From Neoechinorhynchus agilis (lineage: Eukaryota; Animalia; Acanthocephala), in the NCBI GenBank assembly GCA_051530055.1, contig CM121342.1, positions 13,717,480 to 13,781,479 of the forward strand: a DNA stretch of 64,000 nt. The letters are read 5' to 3'. Each line of letters opens with the position of its first letter. Within the stretch, counting starts at the first letter, position 1. Positions 48,906-62,156 of the stretch are shown piece by piece. The position numbers and the translations under genes were made by a program. Under the pieces are notes generated by a model. That model saw nothing but the letters and a program-made list of their open reading frames with translations, was not told where the DNA came from and ran no database searches.

Positions 48906-51900
48906 TTAGCTGAAAAAGTATCTAGAGTTCAGAACGGCGTTGAGATCAAACGCGTTGGAACCTACTGCTTGCTTTGGATAATTTCTGATAAGGTTATCAA
49001 CAACATAAAATACGCGATTTGTCGAGGCATCGTTTCGCTCGATTCTGTTTGAGTTGTAAATAGTCCTTAAAAATTGATGACTCAGATCATCGAGAATGTT
49101 TTGAGAGTGCAATTTCACAAATTGTTTTCTGCAGATCTCATTGAGCACTTTAACGTCTGCTGCGTGAGTCCAATAGCTATCATGAACCGACACAAACGTT
49201 ATTCCAGCCCGATGACACTCGATTGCCGTCATCATCATGTGAGTAGAATCAAGAGAATGAACAAAATTGGGTGGCATAGCACTAGCTTGTTTCCTCGGAT
49301 CACTTTCAATTATGTTTCCAGAACTTTTTTTATTCTACGAATTCGTTTGTCAAGCACGGCGAATTCGTGGATTAGTGTAGGGCTGAACAACCGTAAATCC
49401 AAGAGGAGTTATCCATTCTGTCAACCTCCCTCCTATCTGACTAGTTACCCTTGCACACAAACTTAGCCAATCTTGAATGAGCTTTGCACTGGAAAACATT
49501 TCTCCCAAAACCACAAAGGTTTTATCAGCCACGTAATCAGTTGCATCACTCAAATACTCGGACGGAAATCCGGATTCGAGTAATCGTCTACTGATTTGGC
49601 GGTGCGCTCCATATAGAGTAACCCCATAAACAGCCGTCATTACAGTTTGCTTTACTAATTTCCTAGACACAAAGCCATTTAATCGTCGAGCAATGTCAAT
49701 ACCCGCTTGATCAGCATCTACTTTTCTATGCTTTTCCAAAAACTCGGCTACTCGAGAATACACATCTTGAGGATGATCACTTGGAAGAAGATTCACAGCA
49801 GCTGCTCCTTCCAGGTCGCGACCCATCGCGGCATAATGTTGAAGAACGTTACAAGATCCATCTTGATGAACAGGGAAGTGAGACATAAACGACTCTGGAT
49901 TCCGAGATTCAATTGCACGCGATATTTCCATACAACATGCTAATGTTTGCCAGGGATTTTCGGATCGCTGCCACCATCCGCGACCGTCAAGGGGATGTTT
50001 AGCAGAATCCAATATTTCTCCAATCATCTCATCAGCGAAAACCTCGCGCTCATCCAATGAACAATGTTTTTTGAGTTCTGTCAAATTTACCAAATGAATT
50101 TTTAACCAACGAAGACCGTTTTTTCCGAGTGGTTTTGGTTCGGCGAATTTGATCAGAGCTCTACTCACATCACATCCGAGGTGATTGAAATGCGGAGGAG
50201 TCGCATAAACACGCCCTCGAAAATCCATGTTATGAGCGAAAAAAAACGGTTGATAATGGTGTAGGAAATGCTTTGCTACTGACAATCTATAAAATTCATT
50301 ACACCATAGACTATAACTCTCCGCTCGGATTTTTCTGATTTCTTCTCTTGACCTCAGGACGCGTCGTTTTTCATTGAGGGATAAATCTTTTCGTATCGGA
50401 GGTAATGGTGGAAGGTGGTCGTTCTTCGAAGGGATTTTAAGATTTGCCGGTCCTCCATGCTGAAACACATGTAAGGCGATGTCTAAAATGTGTTCATTGA
50501 TATTCCATGGAACACTGCTCACTATATTAAGCGCTTCTAAAACTCGGTCATCGCATTTGTTATCTTTATTGAAATCGAACTGCGATCTTACCATTGATAT
50601 CTGATATATAAGAAGCCCACCGCGATTTGGGGCAGTCCACGGCACTGGTCTACATGTCATTGGGAGTTGTGAGCAATGCATACGAAGTGATTGATTACGT
50701 TGATCGCTCTTGGAAATTACTTTATTTCAGGAATAAGGATTTCAAAGTTGACTATCCAAGCCCCTGAACTAGGATGGACTTTTATCTGCGTCTCGGTGAA
50801 TTCACCAGGAATTCGATTAATTCGATAAAGTACAGGTACATTTTTTACACTCTCACCGCTATTCATATCGACTTTCAAAGATTTTATCATCAAGTCAAGA
50901 AGCTGAAGTCCCAATTTAACCTTAAGAGAATATGGGAAGCAAAATTCGCTTATTGCGAGATTTGTATTGTTTACTAAACAAGCATTCTGCCATTTTTGAT
51001 AAAAGGACGAGTTTTGAGACAAACTTGATTCATAGGTCCGGAAAACGTTCTCCAAATCCTTTATATAGTTTACAGACTTTTGCTTAAACAAAAGCATATG
51101 TTTGCACTCAAGTTGATCACCCAACTCAACCGCAAGTTGCCGCATTGGAAGAGAATAGTAGGGAGATTGGTTCAGGAGGTTCATATTGAGAAGATTCATC
51201 ATCAGATCCACGTATTCGATCGGTGAAAATGTCTCGAAGAACGGTAGTAGGGGCAGTTGTTCCGATCTCAGAGATTTCTCTTCAGCTTTTCGAATTTGCT
51301 TCATCAACAAAAATCCTGCTAGGAGCTGTGAGCGAAAGGCGCCCTCAAACTCACTTCCATTAGATGTGGTACCTTCACTCGTTTGAAATAATGGATCGAT
51401 ATCTTCGAATCCACGGATTTCAAGATCAAGTTGACGCTTACATTGACGATTTTTGTCTGCCTTTTTAAGTATTACAATCAAATATCCTAAGTAGAGGCTC
51501 ACGATTTTTTTAAATAAAGAAATTCGACTAAGCACTTTCATGGTAAATTCAATAGATTGTGCAAATCTTTGCGATCCAAAAGGTTTGCATCACAAAATAG
51601 CAAATGCGCTGACTAATTTAGAATTTAATATGAACCAAATATTTTCTATTTCCGAAATCGATAATAAGAAGCGAAATATAGACTAAGTTCATTAGTTCCG
51701 CCACCCCAGTGTCGATTTTCCGGTGCGAAAAATTTGGCGGAACAAAAACCAATCACATAAATTGTTTTGTGGATTGGCTATGAAATGAATCGTCGTCGAC
51801 TGGTTCGTTTGATCCATTAGTAAGATAGATGCTATTATCATCTGAGCCAACGACCATGAACATGTTTCTGATCCCGTGTATTTGTTCAACGGTCAATATA

Positions 51901-52577
51901 TTTGTAAGAGAATAAATATCCTTTTGGAGATTAAATCCTTTTGATTTTAGTTCGGCCAGCAGTAGTTTCATCATTCCTGACAAATCGCCCGTATTCTTCG
52001 CAGCGGCCATGCATCTAGACAACGAACATAAGGCCGCTGCGTACGAAACCCGATCGGGATCGATATTTTGCTTTTTCATAAATCGAAACAAGGAGACGAT
52101 TCTGTGGAGATTTTCCTGTCCATCACATGGATCATTTGAATAAAACAGCAGGAGCTCATTAAGCGCATTTAATGCGCCTTGATCGATTGCGAATCTTCTC
52201 AAATGTCGATTGGCTTGTCGAGCTTTTGATTTGAGAAGGCAAACCTGAACAAGTGTTTTGAGTTCATCACCCATCGATTTTTTTTCAGGAATCACTGATA
52301 CATCACCAATCGTATGTCGCCTGAACGCTAATATCTCTCGCTTGTTTAAGGTTCGAAGAAGATCTGTGGAGTTTTCGCCCAGTATTTTTTTCCGCGAATT
52401 ATCAGTTTTTCTACCGGTCCGTATCTTTTTTAGACTTTCCACCAAATCAACGTAATCAAAATCAATCGAGTCAAATGTTGGGACACTCTCAGGACGGGTG
52501 CAAATACATCGACAAGTTATCCTTCCTGAGAATTGAATTGAACATAAGTTACGAGCAAAACGAAATGGTGCTTTCAT
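48906..52577 (-). CDS. POLRMT: Mitochondrial (T7-like) DNA-directed RNA polymerase, with two in-frame stops in the specificity loop
   Basis: Targeting-like N-terminus, DFRGRVY, GLRWLKIHLVNL, HQDGSCNVLQHY, RKLVKQTVMTAVYG, PPNFVHSLDSTHM, FVSVHDSYWTHA and C-terminal YFFS*. TGA at 49350-52 and TAG at 49335-37 are in frame. Confidence 0.9.
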
Positions 52578-53199
52578 ATTACATTTAATGGATGTCCAAG
52601 AGTTTTCGACTCTTTAAAAGACAATAAAGCATTCTTTCGTTCGAAGATTGCGGAAACTGTTTGGAAACTTTTAAAACGTGATTTGGATGTCATGTATGTC
52701 AAACCGTTTTGATTTATTCAACTTCAATAGAAACCTGCAAATCAATATTTTTTGTAAGTTGTCGATAATGTCGTTGCATGCTGTTGTTGCGGTTCTTCAC
52801 GTACATCCGCCAACGCGATAATGACTGTCTCATACAAATTATTCGCCTGCCTTCTTCGAATATATCAGTTTGTTTGTACATCCGCCTAATCAACTACATC
52901 CAGTCCGAAGGACACTCCTTATCTGGATTTCCCAATGAAACGATGGTCATATATTATAACTCTCAGATCGAATCCCATGATGCCTAGAGACAGTTTACAT
53001 CAACGTTTTCTCTCTCCGTGGCTAAAAACGATTATAGACAACAAGGAACGTATTAAATCCATATCCTTATTTTGTTGGTAACTTAAAAATATTCTTCAAC
53101 AACAAATCGTTCGGACAACAGTTTGTGGATTTCATATCTTCCCATTGTTTTTAAATAAAGTGGATATCCTCATTTATTGTATCCGGAGTTTCACGTTTT

Positions 53200-54080
53200 T
53201 AAAGCTATAGTCATCGCCCCGGTGGCATGTTATAAACCGCCGTAAATTCCGACATTGGCAACTTGCCGCAGGTCCACGGATTAAGAATTCTGTAATTAAT
53301 ACGGTTTTGGACTCGCTCATTTCATATCCACAATTACATTCTTCACAGACGCTTCAACCTGAAGGCGGCTGACTTTGCCACCCATTGGACATCTAAGAAT
53401 CTTTCCTGTCACAACGGTTCGTCTTTACCTTTCAAAACTACAAATGCCCTCAACAAATCTATTATTCTAGAACTATCCCAACGAATGGTTTCTGCTTAAT
53501 TAGAAGATTAAGCTGAAATAAATGTGACTAAGAGAATCTTTCTAGTGAAAGGCAAACGTAGAGTAGTTTCTTCAGCAAACCAAGTCAGGCCTATTTCTAA
53601 ACAAAATTCTTTGGTTAGTATCTACGAGAGAGCACTTGACATATTTATTTAAGGCTTTGCGTTAAAGCATAATTTCATCGACCGACGCTGTCATGGCTTC
53701 ATTCATAAGAAATATGTGCATACCGCGATAAGAGAGATTATCCACAATTTTACCTAAGAAATATGATCGATGACCATTTTAATTACCTTTGACATATCAC
53801 TAAAGCATTTGATAACGTCGATCTTGACTTCATAGTAAATATTTTAAGATTTTTTAATTTCCCAGCAAACATCATCGCCCATGTCAATAACACTTCAATG
53901 TCCTGGCATCGCAATTCATTGTACAAAACTGTTGAATTTGTCACTCGTTAACCATCTATGCCGATGATCTAACCGTAGTGTTCAAGGAAGCCAATTACAT
54001 TGCTGCTATCTCTACACTATCCTCGCTTTTTACCTTTCTAAACCAAACTGAGTCAAATGAGCCTTGCCATCAATCCCAAA
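53200..54080 (+). mobile_element. Highly decayed non-LTR RT remnant
   Basis: Fragments resembling RPIS, KAFDNVDLDFIVNILRFFNFP and YADDLTVVF in broken frames. Ends uncertain. Confidence 0.55.
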
Positions 54081-54695
54081 CAAGACCAAGTTTATTCTTA
54101 AATCTCCTATTGCGACAAGATGATTTCATCTTTCCACGATTATCCACACGGGACATTATTCACAGAAAGAGGGACAATGCGCGTTTGTGAAATCGTGCAG
54201 CACTTTCAAGAAGTATTTTATTTAGGCAGACGAGATGGTAGCAACGTAAAGTACAGCCTCTCGTAGCAGAGTCGAACAAGGTAAGGAACTACCACGAACA
54301 TGGCCAAACGTCCATTCGGACGAAGATAACTCTCATCCAGAGCCGTTAAATAGGATAAGTTGGAAGATTTCATAACAAACATCCTCACGGTGGTGGATCA
54401 GGGGGACGGAGATCGAAATAATCAAATATTGCGTGGCCCAGATCATTGAGGAGCAATCCAAGGTTTGTGCCTCTGGGTTTCATGAGCTCACCATAAGGCG
54501 AGAATTGCAATGAGACTGTTAAAGTGGAACATCGGGCCGGTTAGGGATATCTCGCTTATTTTCCGATATAGCCAACGCGGATGATATCGCTTTGCTACAA
54601 GAGACAAAACCTATACTCCCCCGACGGTTCCCATGACGGTCTCCGTCGTAGCTTACAGACTCTACCCGAAAAGTAAACAATGTTCATTATCGTGT

Positions 54696-57030
54696 ACGTC
54701 CTCTTCGTCAACGTCCTCTCTCTGGTCAACGTCCTCTCTCAGATCAACGTCCTCTCTCGTCAACGTCCCCCCTCTCGTGAACGTCCAGTTTTTCACTCTT
54801 ATTGATGTTGCACTAAAGAAAATACTTGAACGAGTTACTGAAACTCTAAAGGACTCATTAATTTAAGTGATGAGCACACTTAAGGATATATTAGCGGATG
54901 CTATTCAGTGCGAAATGGGAGCTCTCAAAAATGAAGAGTTGATCGAAGTCAAAGGCGCAAAGGGAACAAAGCTAACGGTTCAAAAAGGCAGGCAAAAGTT
55001 TCAAAGGTGAATACTAAGAAACCGACTAAAGATTTACTGAAATCGGATAGTGAAGCGACCACAAAGGAGAATAAGATTCTGGTAGATTCCATCAGTATGC
55101 TAAAGTCGAATGATGATTTGTTGGAAACGAATGGTGTTCAAAAGATTGCGAATATTTCGACAATTACTAGGGACTTGGTACCATGCTTAGAGGATATTCA
55201 GCCAGTAGTACCTTAGGATTCTAATCTTACTGTTGAAAAGATAATTCATTGTTATTTGTCGATAGGAGAAAATAAATGAAATTTAGATTTTATTGGATAT
55301 TTCGATCCACTATCTCGGATCTTCTTCAGTGATGTGAACACCTTGTGTAAAACTTACCAACAATCGCTGAAGAAGATCTGAGATAGTGGATCGAAATATC
55401 CAATAAAATCTTAATTTCATCTAATCTTACTGCGGAGGAGTATGGTATTTGTGACTGGGATAAAAGGTAACGATAGGAAAAACGGAAGTGATTCAGCTGA
55501 AGTAATTACTATGAAAGCTACGGTCGAACAAAAAGTCAAAGTAATACCTGAACGATTAGAAACAAGAGCAAAAGGTGGAACTCCATCAAAATCAATCAAC
55601 CCTTCGATTTATTTCGGTAATGATACGCCTTCTCCACCCAGGTCATCATCCCTAGTTGCTCTGAATTCGACCCATCGCATCATGCACTTCTCCATCAAGG
55701 ATAGAAATCGCACCATATTTATTTCTGGTATGTCAGAAGCCCCTGTTACAGATCCTGTCGTCGCTTATGCACACAACCGCCACCAAATCCTTCGAATCGG
55801 TCAACTCCTTTTCCCCGGCATTCACTCTACTATTCCTCCCCCACCAACAGTTATGCGCATTCCACCCAAAAATTCGTTTAACCCGAGACAACGTTTCCTC
55901 AAGGTAACTTTTATTTCACCATTCGTAGCCTCCCTCTTTCCTACCAGGAGATACAAACTCCTTACTTCTCATTTTTCTTTTCGCATCTATCCACATAAGA
56001 ACGCATCACAAAATCTTTCCACATGCCCTCCAAACTCAACCCAGAAGTCATCTTCACAATGTAACCCGTCACTTTTAGCAAAAACCCACGAACATCTCCC
56101 CCATCCCAAAAAATGGTAGAATAAGCGACTTACCAGTTTTTTTGATTACGTGCAGCTTAACCGGCACCCGAATAACCACAAAGGTCAATCTCCCAGCCGT
56201 TCTACATTAAATACTCTCCTTTCCCCGAATCAAGTAAATAATTATCTTTTTACCCCTACTCAAAATCACCATAAATCGGCCCATCCAACCGTAGCTGATC
56301 CATGCAAAGTCCCAACCCTAAACTCATTGTTTCAGAAAAGGGCATCCTATTTCGGCCGAATCATTCCGTCCAATTTCCATTCTACCCGCTCTTTTAAAAA
56401 TCACCAAAAAGTGTTTTAAATCTCGCGTTCTTTCACTTCGGCACGAAAAGTTATCGCCTTTCAATTTAGCTTTCGACTCAGATTTTCTGCAACCTATGTC
56501 CTACTTTGCATTTATGACACGCTTCTACGTAACCTCGACAATAATCCCTCCCACTTCACCCGTATCATTCAACTTGATTTATCGAAAGCTTTCGACTCAG
56601 TGGACCATTCACTTCTTCTCCGGGCCTGCACCGATTTTGGTCTCAACTTGCGGCAGATCCACTGGCTCGAATCTTATCTTCACAATCGCAAACAATACAT
56701 TCACTGCCGTTCTACCTCTTCTATCAGCCTATCCCTCTCCAAAGGCGTACCTCAAGGTGCTGTGCTGTCACCACTACTCTAAACTCTTCTTATACGCCTA
56801 CGATATCACCCTCATCACCCATTCACCACCCTACCTCTCCCTTTCTTTAACTTCTAAAGAAATCACACACATAAAAGATTTCTGCACCGATCACAAACTC
56901 CATCTCAATTTCTCTAAATGCTTCGAAATGATCCCCTCTCTCCCGCAACCCCACATCACCCCCTGAGCTTTTAAATGACATCCTACGAATAACCTCCCTA
57001 AGAATTCTGGGTCTATAATTCAAGTGCACG
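54696..57030 (+). mobile_element. Internally deleted CR1/L2-like LINE related to the 1300-6540 element
   Basis: 5' TCAACGTCCTCTCTC repeats (54696-54786). ORF1-like RNRTIFISGMSE...RFLKVTF. LTSFFDYV matches LPSFYDYV near 2000. RT motifs LDLSKAFDSVDHSLLL and GVPQGAVLSPLL. Confidence 0.8.
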
Positions 57031-57356
57031 TGTAAATAATACAATTAGATCAAAGTATTTCCATGTTCACGATGATAACACAAGAACTTTTTACTGTCCA
57101 TTCAATGGAGTGCCGCAATGATATCCGCTATCACCAACGATGAGCGGGCATTTCGTATGCTGCTGTAGCTTCGAAAACATCTTTTCTTAAATATCTTACA
57201 TTGCAATATTATAACACAGAGTAAACAAGGAAAAATGAATATCTTATTTTGGTGACAATAAATCAAAAATGCTCGATTATGAGATGGATAGATTTTTGTT
57301 GACGAAAAAGATTCCTAAGTTTTTGAATTTGCATGCGAATTCAAAGTATACCAAAT

Positions 57357-58238
57357 TTATTTAAAATAATTGAACACAATTCGTGTCAAAATGGCGAAAA
57401 TGGTCGCAGTTAAAACACACACCACACTCGTTAAGGTAATCCATCCGAGTGGAACATTATGCTCAATGTCATCCGGACTACCCAGCCTTTTATTTTCCTG
57501 AAACTGGTGAATAATTTGATGCTAGCACATATCGTGAAACTAGATTCTAACCGATTTGGGGAGATTGAAAGCTTCAAATTTCTTTGCTTCTTTGGCAGTA
57601 TTGATTATTTTCCCCTCGTTCTGTGCTTCCTAAACTCCTTGAGTGTACAAGTGAATTGAACAATAATCGAACGTTTACGATGGCTTTTGGGTAAACGGCA
57701 TCCATTGTAAGGTGTTCGAATCCTTTAAAAACACAAGTAAGACGGTGCTCATCAGTATTTTCATTGTTTGACCACTAAGAAGCCATTCCACGTTACTTTT
57801 GAAAACTAGAGTATTCGCACTTACTAGTATCGCTGGATTGTATAGGCCAGTAAACTCCTTTGCTAAAATGGAAACTTTATGCTTTTGAGCATTTCTTTTG
57901 TCAAGAGTGAGATTGGTCAAAGAAACTGAACGATAAACACAGTTAGAATTATTTCTTAGTGTTAATAGTCCTTACGTTGAACAATCGTGGATTCTTGTGG
58001 GGGAATGTATCCTTTGGTTGGATTGCTTAAATAACATTCCGGTTTTGTAAATCTGATTTTGAATGCAACATTTGAATTGGTGAGGTTAAATAACTTGACA
58101 GTCGCTTTTGGTGCTTTTTCAAAAACGTGAACATCTATTGTTTTTCTTAATATGAAAGTTGAAGATAATCAATAACATACCGTTGAATATCAATGACGTG
58201 TTTGGTTCGATCCTTAAAATGGATTCAGAAGATTGCAT
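57357..58238 (-). CDS. VAP-like MSP-domain tail-anchored membrane protein, 6 exons, ~210 aa
   Basis: Manual splicing over five GT-AG introns gives MQSSESILRIEPNTSLIFN...VKLFNLTNSNVAFKIRFTKPECYLSNPTKGYIPP...QKHK...HRLTCVF...WITLTSVVCVLTATIFAILTRIVFNYFK*. This matches the VAP MSP-fold pattern plus a C-terminal TM. Confidence 0.8.
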
Positions 58239-59243
58239 CGAAGATGTATGACTGAGATAGTAGGATTTAAAGTTATGTTTTATCGCTATAGCAACAACAA
58301 AAATTAGCGGTTTGGAAAAATTATAAAAGAAAATGCAGGACGAAAAAATGCGTCGTTATAAATAAATCACCCAGTTCACACTGAATTCAACATATCTAGC
58401 CAATTAAGTACAAGAAAGCTCCCGGTGTAAGTTTTCTAACTATCAAACATCCGGTCGTATATTCGAATAAGCAATAAATGCCCACAAAAATTATTCTGCT
58501 CAGTCATTTCTCGGGGTGTCTATATATGTACTATAAACCGATAATTTAGGATAAAAACGTTTAGAAGTCAACATGAAATTGCTTTGATCATCCTAAAAAA
58601 TCAAGCCAAATAGTTTACGCGCTGCAAAATTCATTCTTTACGCTAAAGTAGAAATATACTGGGCGATCTTATGAGCACTCGCTTCTTTAAAGTATTTTAT
58701 GTGAGTACCTGTCGTGATTTGATACCTAGAGCATTTCTTTTTACCCGATCGAACATCAATCATCACTTAATTTTATTGACAGATATTTTAAGTAGCATGC
58801 AAAGTTAGACGTTCATTAAACAAGTCCATTTACTGATAGGGACCTTTAGTAGTATTGTTCATGGGTTCAATGTATTCTCTATTCTCGTTTGACACGTCGA
58901 TTAATTTCTCTAGCGATAATGCTGTCAAATGCCGTACGTCTTTCAGTCTTACTCGACACATCAGCTATTCTGGTAGCCGGTTACATTCATTGTAGGCTCA
59001 ATTGTCCATCGCAATAAAAACACAAAGTATTGAGTAGTCAACTTTTCAATAGCTAACCAAGAGTGCGCTTCATGCGATGCCTATACAAAGGTGGAAGTAA
59101 CAAATTTGATGCGAAATGGAAAAGGGCATTGTGGTATTCATGCAGTACATGCAATTCTTATGACAGACACTAATTTGATTAGGTTTTAGAACAAGGGGAC
59201 AAGCATATTCATCATCGTTCTACATTTACGGTCGAAACTGGAA

Positions 59244-62156
59244 ATGTTACTGTTTGAAAAGAGGATTTTTAGTGCCATTTGTATTTTGCTTTTTTCAGGT
59301 TTGAAGCTTAAGGCAGCGTTGTGTCATTTGAGAGAGAGAAACATTTAGTCAGAATGTCTAATGCCAATCGAGAATGCACTCGAAAATCGGATCCAAGTAG
59401 AGCTTGCAACAAGGAATGTAGATCGGATTCGCATTGCAGTCACAGCCAACGGTGCCTCTGCGACTTTAGTTGTGGAATGTCTTGTATTGCAGCAGGTTTG
59501 CTCGACTCCTGTTTCAGGCTAATCCACTTGTGATGAGACGACTGTTATCTATGAAGCCTTATCTTTTGGAATCTGGGAATTAATCGAAGGCACACTTTAT
59601 ATTTGCGAATGACATACAAGGAATATTACCGGTTTCTTAGAACATCACGACAATTTCAAATTATAATCTCGAAATAATTCGAAAAATGAAAGATAAAACG
59701 ATCTTTTTTGTAACGTAAAGTAGCCAATAGAAATTGGGAAATGATCCTATTGGCTAAATGTTTCTTGTCACTTTTTAATTGTACATTTTCTGTTCAAAAG
59801 GAGGTAGCTCGTGTGCACCTTTTACAATCTGGGAATTAATCGAAGGCACACTTTGTATTTGCGAATGACATCCAAGAGAATTACTGGTTTCTTGGAACAT
59901 CAAGACAATTTCAATTTATAATGTCGAAATAATTCGAAAAATGAAAGATAAAACGATCTTTTTAGTAACGTAAAGTAGCCAATAGAAATTGGGAAATGAT
60001 CTTATTGGCTAACTTTTTCTTTGCACCTTTTGATTGTGCCTTTTCGTTTTAAAAAAGGTAGCTCGTGAGCACTAATGGCAGTCATCACATTGCAACCGGG
60101 TTTATACTTCTAATTCGTTCATAATTCAAATGTTAGCAGATATGTTTGATCTTTGCCAGATACCGACCTCACCAATCTCTGGCTTTGTAAATTTCACAAA
60201 CCTGGGATACTTCAAGTCGCTAGCCACGTTCTACTGCGACGAAGGTTATTCGCTATACGGTCCAAGCACAAAAATTTGCCAAGGAGATGGATGGTTCTGG
60301 CCAATTGATGATTCCGTTTGTATACCCGACGGTATTTCCTTTCCTCGCTCTCATTTCCAATCGTACAAAATGTTTTCGGGCCAGTCTTATGTGATCCTCC
60401 ACCGCGAATAAGTGACTCCAGTATACAATCGGCAAATTCGCCCTTTATACCCGGATCAACTGTAATTTATGTATGCAATGAGGGATTCGAAGTCAATCGG
60501 TAAGTCGCGATAGAAGTAGTTCTAGAATTATTTTTTATGTCGATGTTCTTGCCTAAAGCGAAGTCAAAAATTTGTAACGATTCCAGAATTTAAATAAAAA
60601 TTAGAGGTGACAGTGGGTTGCTTATATCACGGAGGACAATAAAGTGTTTAATTTTTGGTCAGTTTTATTTAGACTACTTAATAATTTAAAGAATAGGTTG
60701 CTTGAAGCAGTTATTGATTTCTCAAAAATACGTACTTTAGAAAAGGTGAAACGAGATTCTCGATATACTGCACATCCAAAGGACAATGGATCGGACTTCG
60801 ACAGTTTTGCATAAGTAATGGATTAAATCTGCCTGCTTGTATATAACGCCATCTAATAGGAGCTGGTTGCAAGGTGCCGTCGGATGATAAGATGTATATT
60901 CACCCAGATTATGAAAGCAACGTTCAACAAGGGACTCGACTACAAGTGCAATGCAAATCCGGCTATAAATCAGCAGACCCAACTCCAGTAAAAGTCATCA
61001 CCTGCACTCCTACTGGATGGGATAATGACTTTCTCAGGTGTGAAGGTTCCTGTATTCTTCTACTTTACGCAAAAACCAATACCGACTGTTTCAACTAGAA
61101 ATCAACGACTGCATCGCACCTGACATCCCAGAAAACTCGGCATATTTGTCTGAGATATATCCCGGTGATAGAATAAAGCACGGATCCATTGAAGAAATCA
61201 GGTGTATTTTTGACGGAACTTGGGACAATAATTCCGCTTTTTTTGTCGGTTGCAATGACGGTCGAATTTATCACAACATCACCCAGTGTGTAAAAAAAGG
61301 TTTGCTTTAAAGCCCTCTGGAAATTTTCATCTAAGTCCAAATGTACAGAACCCGCGTGTATTGTACAGTTATATGATGGAGTCATCTATCAGTCTCACGA
61401 TATTGGGGATATTCTTAGAATAGGAGAATCTTTCTCTTACACCTGTGAACAGGCAAATCCCCAGTCTATGAGTTTTTGTGTCAAATCGGGTGATTTGTCT
61501 CCCTTGCCTACATGTAATAAAGGTGAATTTGTGCATGATTTCTTGCGATCGAAACATAGATTTTGCTACGCAGGATGTAAATCAGCTCCTCCAATGAGTC
61601 ATTGGGCATGGCCAATCTATTTGTCTACTCAACACGGTGCCACTGCCCACTACGAATGCTTCGCTGGTTACAGATTACAAAATGAATCAATTAAATCAAT
61701 TACATGTAACAACGGGAAGTGGACACGACCAGTTCCCAAATGCGTCCCAGGTTTGATGTTCAGCTTTTTCCTTTAAGTCTTTAGTTTATCCCGAAGCTCG
61801 CTGTCAAATGATCGAAACCGTCCACGATCCTCATCTTTTGGTGTGGCTGAGTGATACCCTTGTAAAAAGGAGCGATTATGACAATCGAACGTTTGGTCCT
61901 GGCATTAAACTGAAATTTGAATGCGAATTAGGTAAGCACTACGAGGACCCTTTCTGTATTTATATTGTACTACGAGCAGGATATCGCTTGATAGGCCCCA
62001 TTGAAGTAGAGTGTACAAATGGACAATGGTATCCATTGGCACAAACAAGTTGCGCTAAAAGTAGGAGTGATATGATTGGTTTTCTTTTAAAAATCAACTA
62101 ATCTAGGTGAATACCCGTTTGGGGATGACCGATTTATTGTTTTGATACCACAATAA
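59244..62156 (+). CDS. Secreted WAP + ~7 CCP/sushi domain protein (LEV-9/Hasp-like)
   Basis: Signal peptide MLLFEKRIFSAICILLFS, WAP-like CTRK...CNKECRSDSHCSHSQRCLCDFSCGMSC, then repeated C-P...C..G(Y/F)...C...W...C modules in successive exons. No TM segment. Confidence 0.8.
59570..60073. repeat. Tandem duplication, 2 x ~256 bp, in an intron of the LEV-9-like gene
   Basis: The unit AATCTGGGAATTAATCGAAGGCAC... starts at 59570 and 59826. Confidence 0.9.

Noticed and set aside
54696-54786. Short regularly spaced repeats resembling a CRISPR array
   Set aside because: The spacers are 0-3 nt, there are no cas genes, and the context is a eukaryotic LINE 5' end.
20382-58238. Apparent cluster of gamete-related genes (DCST, tetraspanin, MSP/VAP, basic orphan)
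   Set aside because: They are interspersed with housekeeping genes over ~38 kb, and the functional assignments are speculative.
7954-62156. Genome-wide stop-codon reassignment
   Set aside because: Myosin, OGDH and others have long stop-free exons, and POLRMT ends at the canonical YFFS with TAA. Any recoding must be local.
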